Assembly (NCBI GenBank): GCA_903813345.2
Contig: CAIIXF020000001.1
Span: forward strand, 27,032,001 to 27,096,000
Direction: 5' to 3'
Length of the DNA stretch: 64,000 bases
Source: Owenia fusiformis
Taxonomy: Eukaryota
Both the position numbers and the translations under genes were made by a program. Position 1 is the first letter of the stretch. Each line of letters opens with the position of its first letter. The notes under the pieces were generated by a model, which ran no database searches, had not been told where the DNA came from, and saw only the letters and a program-made list of their open reading frames with translations. Shown here one piece after another: positions 54,055-64,000 of the stretch.

Positions 54055-56892
54055 TATTGTATTGTATTGTATATTTATTGCCTCATTTATATGAGAGAAT
54101 ACATTTTAGTATACATATGGTTTACATATAAAATATAAAATACAAGGATAAGATTAAATTATGTGATAAAAAAGTTGTTGTTTTGGAAAACATAAAAATA
54201 AAGTGATAGAGAAATTATGTGTCAAGCAGAGCCAACAGGTTGGCTCTGTGATTGTACATTTTGTGTACACATGATGAAACAATTATTAACGTCTCACATG
54301 AAACATCTGAGAGACCTAAAACTTTCTTCATAATAACACCCATACTGTCACCACGACAGCCAAGGGCTTCAAATATGTTATGCCTATATGGTTCATACAT
54401 AGGGCATCTTAATATAAAATGTTCAATTGTTTCAGTTTCACAGAGGATACACAATATACATCGTTTTGAACCATTGAAGTTGTTCGTATTTAATACATGG
54501 GCGTTACATATCAATTGCATCATAGTTTTACACTGGCTTTGACATTTAGGATATTTCTGACAAATCAACCACCATATGCAAGGTTTTAAGTCTGTGACAT
54601 AGTCACGTAGGTATAAAAGTTTGCCATAACATGAGCATTGCAAGAAAAATTGCTTGACCTCGACGGATCTTACAGCATTGACAATTTGCAGTCTCCATGA
54701 CCTCTTCGACGGAAGATATCCAGAGTCCAGCGCATTTTACATTTTAACCAGATTTTCAATTCCTAGCATTTTGGTCTTAAGGAAAATGCGCCGGAGAGGA
54801 GAGAAAATATCGGCATGGTTGTCATAAGTGACATGAAACATCTTTACTAACCGTGTTATAGTTATATCCCTGTAAATATTATTAAACCTAAGTAAACTCC
54901 AGAGATACATCATCTGCAACACTGTAATATAGCCGTCTATTGACAACCATCCCAACGGCATCGTTGCACTAGGATTGGCTGAGGTTTTTGGGAAAAATTG
55001 GATACGTTTGCCAATCTCCCTATGAGTCAATTCAAGCTTTTCAACATCTGAGGGCTTGGTAATTTATAACTGGTGCCCCAAACAGCATGGTTGGAATAGA
55101 AAAGGCCCAGTACAGTTTTGATGCTGTTAAGGGTGACAAACCACCTGTTTTGTGCCCCAGTCCCAAAAGTGAGCAGAATTTTCGCTTACCACTAGTGCAG
55201 CGATCATTAACATATTGTGAGATATCATTTTTACTAGATATTGGAATACCAACATGAACAGTGAAATTGACCTTTGGAATTCTCGTGTCACCTATCTTGA
55301 GGACGACATGACCTTTAACACTTGAATCAGTGACCATATCATTAAATGTCAGAAAGTTACATTTCGCTGGATGGATTTCATATCGCCATCTTCTACTATG
55401 TTCAAAGGCAGTGTTTAACATAAGTTGCATATCCTTTTGATTTGTGGCAATAATGGTCATGTCGTCCGCATAAGAAGGACATACACAATTTACATCATCA
55501 ATGTGGCCACCTATATTCATTTCACATAGATCCTGAATAAGGTCAGCCATGTACAACTGATAAAATAGCATAGATAGGACACCCCCTTGGTGGACGCCCT
55601 GCATGACATTAAAAGGTTTAGAAAGTGTATTTGAACTTCCTACACGAACGGCACATTCATATTTATGGTAATTATCATAAAGCATACGCCACAGTTTGCC
55701 TGACCATCAATCCATCTAACCAAACGGTGTCAAATGCTTTTCTAATATCTAATGTGGCTAATATTACATTTCTATGCTTTTCGACATTGTGGGCAATGGT
55801 TTCCTGAACTAAAAGGGAAGTATGAACAGCAGAGCAATGACTCTGAGAAGCACCTTGTAAGTTAGGCATAATATTTTTTGCAAGGGATCCAATTCTTTTT
55901 AACACAATATGATCGTACACTTTACGCAACATGTTCATCAGAGTGATGCCTCTGGAATTGTCTTTATTACAAGGATCTTTATTTCCTGCCTTTAGTATAG
56001 GTATCAGTATACCAAACCTAAAATTCATGGGAGTGTATTCGTTTAACATGGTTGCATTAAAAAGGGTACATATGATCGAAATTACAGTGTCATTGCTATA
56101 TTTTAAATGTTCGGCACATATCGTATCCGATCCACATGCACGATTATTATGCAACCGTGATATGGCATTACTCACTTCACTATCCTGAAATGGTTCATCA
56201 AAGAAAGTATTATCTTCAAAATATGATGTTTGCTTAATATGCATAATTTCATTTTCAATTTCACACTTGGCATGGCTGTGAAAATGAGGCTTATCAGAAG
56301 GGGTTGCCAAACGAGCAAAGTGAGTGCGCCATTCATCCCTTATTCCAGCCTCGTCACTTACGATGACGTCATTATCAGATTTAATTGGAGACAGACGCCT
56401 AGAAGCCTTATTTCGGCTCTTATTGAGAAGATGCCAATAGTAACGCTGATCAAGTGATTCTGACCTGTATAGACGATTAAGCTCATTTTGTTCATACATA
56501 AACTCACTACATCTTAAACATTTTCTAAAAGCACATTTGGCAGATTTATATTGGGCCCTAATTACATTATCCGCATTTCGAGGTCGACCAGCCGACACCC
56601 ACTCACGCCATCTTTTCTTCTTTAACTTTACTAATCTGGTTAATTCATCATTCCAGAATGGCTTTACATGCTTTGAGAACTTCTTAATGGGGATATGTGC
56701 ATTAGAGCATTCAATCAGGCCATTTACCAGTTTCAAGATATAACTATCAATTTGGCAGTTTTCCAAATTATTTACACCAATTAACCGTAAATCATTCAGA
56801 ATGCCCTTACATTGCAAATCAAGAGATGATGTGTACGTTGATGCCCGGGGATAACACGAAATAAGCGAAAAACTGTTGAGTATTAAATTCAA
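54055..56892 (-). mobile_element. 5'-truncated LINE (RTE-X-like; clade tentative) with RT and C-terminal CCHC
   Basis: SRGITL, LDIRKAFDTVW, GVHQGGVLS, YADD, C..C..ETIEHFILRCP; at least two frameshifts and one stop; 3' AATAAA plus (ACAAT)n tail; no APE domain retained. Confidence 0.9.
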
Positions 56893-57619
56893 AACAACAC
56901 AAAATTTAGTAATTTGTTTACTTTTGTGTAATCGGCATGGTCTACATTGCCTAACGACATCGGGGTATATAGATGTAACCTACACACGATCATAAAAAGC
57001 CAATTGAGCATTGGAAACCACCTAATATGTTCTACTCAAGCCATAATAATGTATATTGAATTTGCGGTTACGCAAAAAATCGATGGACCGTAACGCGAAC
57101 CTCGTTCAAATATGTATCCCCGATTCGTTGTTATTAATTTATTTTTTAAATTGTGAGACCGAATAGGCTGGTTCCTCCTTGCGTGCTATAGGAGGCGTCG
57201 GGAGTCATACAGTATGGTAACGATCACCCACCAAGGGCAGTAGTGGAAAGACAAGAATCGGTACCAGCATGGTTGTGTTGAAACTGAAGAGACTTGCGAT
57301 CGAGAATCTCGTGCCATTCGCGTTTATCTAGAAAAGACTCGCTGCTTGATCGCCGACTCACAGATAATTCATTAGTTTAGGAAGAATTCGATTCATTTTA
57401 TTTTATTCGGGAACACTTAAAATTTGCCTTTTACAGGTTGAACGGGTCTTCAACTTTCTACAAACCTCTTTAATCTTGACACATAGCGATTGTTTCGAAA
57501 CACAGATAACGATGTATGTTTTAAACTCCTTCAACATCAGTAACAACTCTTCAAAATCCAAAAGGTCTTACTAGATGTGAATACATAGGTCTAGTTTCAA
57601 ACTAGGGTTAATCGCTATC

Positions 57620-59411
57620 ATGAAAGTCATTTTGTTTCTTTCCTGCCTTCTTCTGTCTTCGACTGGAACGATTTCACAAGATTTAGGTAAGTTCTCATCC
57701 TGACGTAATATTTTTACTAAATATGATCCTCGTAATATGACTATAAATAAGAAACTAGTTATAGGATAATGGTTTCATTGACAGAAGGGGTTGATTATGT
57801 TTTACAGATTGTGAATTGGAAGGCCATACTTGTAAAGATTCGACAGTAGAGACGTGCGAAGATGGCGAGTTCGACACCAGTTTTGAATGTGATGGATATT
57901 GGGCGATACAATGCTGTGTGTCAAACCGGCCCCCTACACAACCCCCGGTGCCATCCACAACTGAGCCCACCACTCTTCCTGTAGTCTCACAGTCAGCAGG
58001 GTCTACGCTATCACCTACGAACACCACACAACCATTATATGGAGGTATGTCATCCCGGGTGTGTCATATATTGATGGCGTACAATATTACTATTTTTTCT
58101 AATTTTTTTAAGTCCATTTATTTCGCATGCCAGTTCGATCTGTTTAAAATAGTATTACTCAGATTTAACTCTCAATTACTGATGATCATGTTGATACCCT
58201 ATTATTGTTTGAAAATAGATTGTGGTCGACGACAGGTAGAAAGCAGTCAGATAACCAATGGGAGAGAAGCAACACCACATAGCTGGCCATGGCAAGCTTC
58301 TCTACGTACGGCCAATGGTGCTACACACAACTGTGGAGCTGTACTTATTTCAGATCGATGGGTCCTAACCGCCGCACATTGCATCAACTCGTAGGTGGTC
58401 ATTTTCACTTGGATACCTTGATTATTCCCTCCACCACACGATATTTGTTACTTTGACATTTTGCCTGTCGCTAATTCTCTCTCGAAAGTCCATGATGAAA
58501 CCAATAGAGACAAAATATCTAGAACTGAAAGAATAATTAGGATAACTCTTGAAAGATAAGTGTTAGGATAACTCTGGTCCTAAACTGAAAAGCGTTCATG
58601 TTCATAACGGTCAAAAATGACTGCGTATACACAGCTGACCAGCCATTCCAATTTTAGAAAGCTTTTGCTCAAAGACCATGTGCTATTTAATATCATCATC
58701 TAACAAAGAACAACCTCAATGTGCTCACTTGTGTAAGCTTGCTTAAAATGACACAATTTTCAATGGGAAAAAGTTCCATGGAAACGCATATTGAATAGAA
58801 TGCCCCTTATTTTTTAGCATATATGACAATGTAGCTACATACCGTGTGGTTCTTGGTACCCACTATCAATTTGACTACAATGCAAACGAGTATTCTGCTC
58901 ATCTTGAGCAAATGATTCCAGTAAGTACAGTGTATATTGTAATTTTGTCGTCCCAAGTTGTAGTAAGTAGCCCCATACAACCTTTATACATTATCTAGTA
59001 GTGGCATTTCGGAAGCTAGCTCAATTTAAGAACCAATTTTGCACGACTTGATAGCTGAAGTTATTCTATTAAAAAGGCGTTCACATGCAAAATGGCACCA
59101 CCTGCCATTTTTTACAGACACCGAACACCAGCCGTAACACCAATTATCGTCGAACACAGTCCACAAAAAGTTGGAAACTATAACAAAATATCACCACTTG
59201 TGGTGGTGACATAAGTTCTTGATAAGTTATATTTTACAGCACCATCTCTATGATCAAGAGGGCCCAGGGTTTCCTTATGATATAGCGCTGTTAAAACTTG
59301 ATCTACCGGTTCCGTTCAACCGATATATACAGCCAGTATGTCTTCCCCTAGAAGGCGAGGAGTTCACAACTCAAGATGAATGCTTCCTAACTGGTTGGGG
59401 GGATACAAGAG
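57620..59411 (+). CDS. Secreted trypsin-family (S1A) serine protease, 3' part not in window; exons 57620-57686, 57808-58044, 58219-58390, 58818-58920, 59240-59411
   Basis: Signal peptide, six-Cys module, P/T linker, [43 protein letters not shown]; phases consistent; GDSGGP absent from the window. Confidence 0.92.
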
Positions 59412-60242
59412 GTACAAATTGTAGCAATGCATTAATATTATTGATAATATATTAAATGATATTGTTTAGTACTTGTATAATTTTTGTCAATTTTTTGCCG
59501 TTTGTTTTTCGAATGAATAATTCACTTTCACAGTTTCAGAAGTATAGTGGGAGAGTAGTATACGGCGGGCCTTTCGACCCCCTACCGGCACCGGTACTTA
59601 CTGTTCCACGTTCCAAAATTATAGATATTTTTGGGTATCTTGAGTTATTTAAGAATATTTTTTAAATTGTCACTGTTGATCAATTTCTGCTTACTTTTTT
59701 CACCAAACGATCACTTGATTCTTACTCCCGGGTCATTTTAGAGTATTTTTTCAATCTTCACGCTTGAGTGATTTTGGATGATTTCTGGAGTTTGAGGTAT
59801 TTTATCAACAAATGGACACTGTATTCTTACTCCCGAGTAATTTTAGAGCATTTTTACAATCTTCACGCTTGAGTGATTTTGGGTGATTTCTGGAGTTTGA
59901 GGCATTCTTTCACCAAATGATCACTTGATTCTTACTCCTAAGTCATTTAAGAGTATTTTTCAGTCGTCATGGTTGAGTGATTTCGGTTACGCTTGATCGA
60001 TTTCTGCTAATTTTTGGAGTTTAAGGCATTTTCACAAAATAGACACCCACCCACTATACAAAATAACACGCTTTAATAGGCATCTGTTAATTTAACATGC
60101 CACTGATAAAAATATAAACCCCTACTAGATAAATAAATAAAAAAATGCTAACATTAACAGTTTTACAGCAGAACATTTTCGACCAATCAAAGTGTATATG
60201 CAAATGAGCTGCTGAACCATTGCACCTGCACATGCCACTACC

Positions 60243-60815
60243 ACCGGAAGTGACGTCATAGGTCACGTGCACCGGAAGTGACGTCATAGATCACGTGGTA
60301 AGATGATGCACCGGAAGTGGAAGTGACGTCATAGGTCACATGGTTACTGATATAACTGGTCAAAGGTTTCTGATAATTGATAAGAGAGAGATAATAAACT
60401 GATAAGACAGTGAAAAAGATAACTACCATGGTTTCTGATATAACTGGTCAAAGGTTACTGATAATTGATAAGAGAGAGCTCAATTGATAAGATAATCAAA
60501 CAAACACTGTTAAGGTAACCTGGTGACTATGTGATAAGTTATCTTGTCTACTTCATGGATGTTTCATGGTTATAGGTCAAAGGTGGATAACAAACTGATG
60601 AAACAGTAAAAAAGATAACTGCAGAACCATTTTAACCAGACGGGTTTCAACTTGCAGAATTATGTTAACCGATCCCAGTACAGTATGTTTCAACCAATCA
60701 GGTTTTGAGATGCGATCATTTTAACCAATAAGGGATAATATGCTTGGACTTTGTTAACCAATCGTGGTACAGTATATTTTCATCCAATCAGATATAAGAA
60801 AATCGACCAATAGGA
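60243..60815. promoter_or_regulatory. Dense transcription-factor site array (duplicated at about 62503-63075)
   Basis: Repeated CCGGAAGT (ETS), TGACGTCA (CRE) and CACGTG (E-box), then many GATA(A) sites, then spaced AACCAAT boxes. Confidence 0.55.
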
Positions 60816-60876
60816 GAATATTTGTACAATTTAACCAGTTCAGACAGGTATTGAAGTTTTTTAACCAAGAATGTAC

Positions 60877-61612
60877 CCTTCTCATTGTATGTCTTTGTCT
60901 GATTTTGTTATTTCTCTCAATCACCTTGAGTATCTTTTGGATCTAAAACAAATAATTGAAGACTTTCTATTCACATGAAAAAGGTGTTATACTTTCATTT
61001 TGAATAAAAGTATTTTATACTGAGCTTAATTCTATAAATAATTCAATAATATACCTTTCTATACTGTTGTTGAAGTATAGCTCTTTCCTTTGACAACATG
61101 CTTGAGACCTAAAACCAAACGAATAAATGTTAAGATTCTAACAAATCAATACATATTTAGAATATTATTATTATTTAAAACAAAATATTTAACATTCATG
61201 TTTTATGAAGTAAATAAATATTTTTCTTACTTCTGCCCTGGTAACATATTGTCCACCGCAACTGGTACTTGGACCATCTGTGACTCCATTCTAAATAAAT
61301 AAATAAATAAATGAAAAATAAGTCTGGAAGAAATCCCTTAAAGTTAGTTTTGTGGATTACCCTGTAAAATATCTTACAGCCATATTTTAAATTAAGTCAT
61401 CATTTTTCTGAAAAAGCTTGTATACTTTTAATTTTTATTGTTTTCATTGAATAAATTTTAAGAATGTAACAAATCAATACATATTGGGAATGTTATTTAA
61501 AATAAAATATGTTACAATTGTATTTTATGAAGTATATTAATAATTTTCTTACTTCTATTCTTGTTAAAGATGTATTGGAACCATGCAATCTTAGTCCACT
61601 TCTGTTCTCAAT
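60877..61612 (-). CDS. Fragment of an unknown spliced gene: four phase-0 micro-exons 61553-61612, 61231-61290, 61055-61108, 60877-60942
   Basis: Each has a TTTAG acceptor and GT donor; lengths 60/60/54/66 nt; joined frame open: IENRSGLRLHGSNTSLTRIE-NGVTDGPSTSCGGQYVTRAE-VSSMLSKERAILQQQYRK-IQKILKVIERNNKIRQRHTMRR. Confidence 0.6.
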
Positions 61613-62278
61613 CTAAATAAATATAAAGTAAAATTATAGATATTTTTGGGTATCTTGAGTTATTTAAGAATATTTTTTAAATTGTCACTGTTGATCAATT
61701 TCTGCTTACTTTTTTCACCAAACGATCACTTGATTCTTACTCCCGGGTCATTTTAGAGTATTTTTTCAATCTTCACGCTTGAGTGATTTTGGATGATTTC
61801 TGGAGTTTGAGGTATTTTATCAACAAATGGACACTGTATTCTTACTCCCGAGTAATTTTAGAGCATTTTTACAATCTTCACGCTTGAGTGATTTTGGGTG
61901 ATTTCTGGAGTTTGAGGCATTCTTTCACCAAATGATCACTTGATTCTTACTCCTAAGTCATTTAAGAGTATTTTTTCAGTCGTCATGGTTGAGTGATTTC
62001 GGTTACGCTTGATCGATTTCTGCTAATTTTTGGAGTTTAAGGCATTTTCACAAAATAGACACCCACCCACTATACAAAATAACACGCTTTAATAGGCATC
62101 TGTTAATTTAACATGCCACTGATAAAAATATAAACCCCTACTAGATAAATAAATAAAAAAATGCTAACATTAACAGTTTTACAGCAGAACATTTTCGACC
62201 AATCAAAGTGTATATGCAAATGAGCTGCTGAACCATTTCAATCAATCAGATCAGATTATTGCACTCTTTGACCCCACA

Positions 62279-62477
62279 ACCGCCGCCGCCACCACCGCCG
62301 CCACAACCGCCGCCGCCACCACCACCGCCGCCACCACCACCGCCACCACCGCCGCCGCCACCACCGCCGCCACAACCGCCGCCACCACCACCGCCACCAC
62401 CGCCGCCGCCACCACCGCCGCCGCCACCACCGCCGCCGCCACCACCGCCGCCACCACCGCCGCCACCACCACCGCCA
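62279..62477. repeat. (CCG/CCA)n microsatellite; second tract at about 63547-63642
   Basis: Mixed CCG and CCA triplets; both tracts follow CAGATCAGATTATTGCACTCTT. Confidence 0.95.
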
Positions 62478-63594
62478 ACCTGCACCTGCACATGCCACTA
62501 CCACCGGAAGTGACGTCATAGGTCACGTGCACCGGAAGTGACGTCATAGATCACGTGGTAAGATGATGCACCGGAAGTGGAAGTGACGTCATAGGTCACA
62601 TGGTTACTGATATAACTGGTCAAAGGTTTCTGATAATTGATAAGAGAGAGATAATAAACTGATAAGACAGTGAAAAAGATAACTACCATGGTTTCTGATA
62701 TAACTGGTCAAAGGTTACTGATAATTGATAAGAGAGAGCTCAATTGATAAGATAATCAAACAAACACTGTTAAGGTAACCTGGTGACTATGTGATAAGTT
62801 ATCTTGTCTACTTCATGGATGTTTCATGGTTATAGGTCAAAGGTGGATAACAAACTGATGAAACAGTAAAAAAGATAACTGCAGAACCATTTTAACCAGA
62901 CGGGTTTCAACTTGCAGAATTATGTTAACCGATCCCAGTACAGTATGTTTCAACCAATCAGGTTTTGAGATGCGATCATTTTAACCAATAAGGGATAATA
63001 TGCTTGGACTATGTTAACCAATCGTGGTACAGTATATTTTCATCCAATCAGATATAAGAAAATCGACCAATAGGAGAATATTTGTACAATTTAACCAGTT
63101 CAGACAGGTATTGAAGTTTTTTAACCAAGAGTCAATTTAAAGCATTTTTCCAATCTTCACGCTTGAGTGATTTTGGATGATTTCTGGAGTTTGAGATATT
63201 TTTTCACCAAACGGTCACTTGATTCTTACTCCTGGGTCATTTTAAAGTATTTTTTAAAGTGTCACGTTTGGGCTATTTCAGTCACTGTTGATCGATTTCT
63301 GCTAATTTTTGGAGTTTAAGGCATTTTCACAAAATAGACACCCACCCACTATACAAAATAACACGCTTTAATAGGCATCTGTTAATTTAACATGCCACTG
63401 ATAAAAATATAAACCCCTACAAGATAAATAAAAAGTGCTAACGTTAACAGTTTTACAGCAGAACATTTTCGACAAATCAAAGTGTATATGCAAATGAGCC
63501 GCAGAACCATTTCAATCAATCAGATCAGATTATTGCACTCTTCGACCCCACCACCGCCGCCGCCACCGCCGCCGCCGCCGCCACCGCCGCCGCC

Positions 63595-63642
<48 letters not shown>

Positions 63643-63749
63643 TTTTGTGCCTTTATCATATTTTATTCAACAGAGGGATGTATTAAAACTATATAAGTGA
63701 AAAGCAGGCTTGATTCATTCATTCAGCGCAACCTCATCTACATGACAAC

Positions 63750-64000
63750 ATGGATTATATTTGCTCAGTGTGTTCTGGCACATTTGCCAGGAAGGATATT
63801 CTTCTGAGACATATGAGAAACATTCACAAAAAAGATGAGACTAACTTCGATCTCGACTCACCTATACAGTTCAGGCATCCATTTACTAAAATTGTTGCAG
63901 GTCCTACTGGATGTGGAAAGACAACCTATGTTGTCGACCTTATTGATAGAGCCGAACAATTAATCAATCCACCACCACAAAGAATAGTATGGTTCTTCAA
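63750..64000 (+). CDS. Polinton-type DNA-packaging ATPase (A32/FtsK-like) with N-terminal C2H2 zinc finger; truncated by the window end
   Basis: MDYICSVCSGTFARKDILLRHMRNIHKKDETNFDLDSPIQFRHPFTKIVAGPTGCGKTTYVVDLIDRAEQLINPPPQRIVWFF. Not in the supplied ORF track because no stop codon falls in the window. Confidence 0.85.
   Translation, partial: MDYICSVCSGTFARKDILLRHMRNIHKKDETNFDLDSPIQFRHPFTKIVAGPTGCGKTTYVVDLIDRAEQLINPPPQRIVWFF

Larger units (their letters stand above)
59615..63545. repeat. Near-identical direct repeats: unit 1 about 59615-60870, unit 2 about 61630-63130, partial unit 3 about 63131-63545
   Basis: Units 1 and 2 both start AAATTATAGATATTTTTGGG and end TTTTAACCAAGA; unit 1 lacks the CCG/CCA segment. 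Confidence 0.92.
59554..64000 (+). mobile_element. Left end of a Polinton/Maverick element (endogenous virus-like)
   Basis: AGTAGT start, ~4 kb of repeated non-coding terminus, then a Polinton-type packaging ATPase. Integrase, pPolB and capsid genes are not in the window. Confidence 0.75.

Noticed and set aside
39880-56743. Antisense and alternative-frame ORFs overlapping the two ligases and the LINE
   Set aside because: Shadow ORFs of real coding sequence with no motifs of their own.
57270-57340. Hammerhead ribozyme at CTGAAGAG
   Set aside because: A stem follows but the required GAAA core does not.
53455-57600. Downstream carrier-domain or Ebony C-terminal exons
   Set aside because: I found no LGGxS-type exon by eye; the region is UTR-like sequence, a MITE remnant and a LINE.
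59534-59553. Next protease exon after the acceptor-like TTCACAG
   Set aside because: Both nearby AG acceptors hit TAG in the required phase, so the insertion is treated as intronic.
62246-63700. Poly-Pro, poly-Gly, Arg/Trp and Ala/Val ORFs
   Set aside because: All are frames of the CCG/CCA microsatellite; no evidence of coding function.

Overview
AT-rich, intron-containing animal DNA; an invertebrate, probably lophotrochozoan-type genome is my inference. Five host genes can be assembled by hand, all on +: (1) a 311-aa Elovl fatty-acid elongase (CDS 4720-14960); (2) a secreted C-type lectin with a Thr-rich linker and PAN/Apple domain (23891-27656); (3) an ACSF2-like acyl-CoA synthetase with a single coding exon (39830-41542); (4) a stand-alone Ebony-like adenylation domain with no carrier or C-terminal domain and no amino-binding Asp (45768-53454); (5) a trypsin-family protease with an N-terminal six-Cys module (57620-59411), whose 3' exons are not in the window. 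From about 59554 to the end lies what looks like the left end of a Polinton/Maverick element: AGTAGT terminus, duplicated ETS/CRE/E-box/GATA/CCAAT-rich blocks, a minus-strand micro-exon gene fragment, and a packaging ATPase fused to a C2H2 zinc finger that runs off the window. The rest is dense, often nested transposon debris (CR1-like and RTE-X-like LINEs; PHIS, Academ-, Transib-, Ginger-, Spy-like, hAT, Tc1/mariner and Helentron-type elements) and minisatellites. All family calls come from motifs read by eye; no searches were run.
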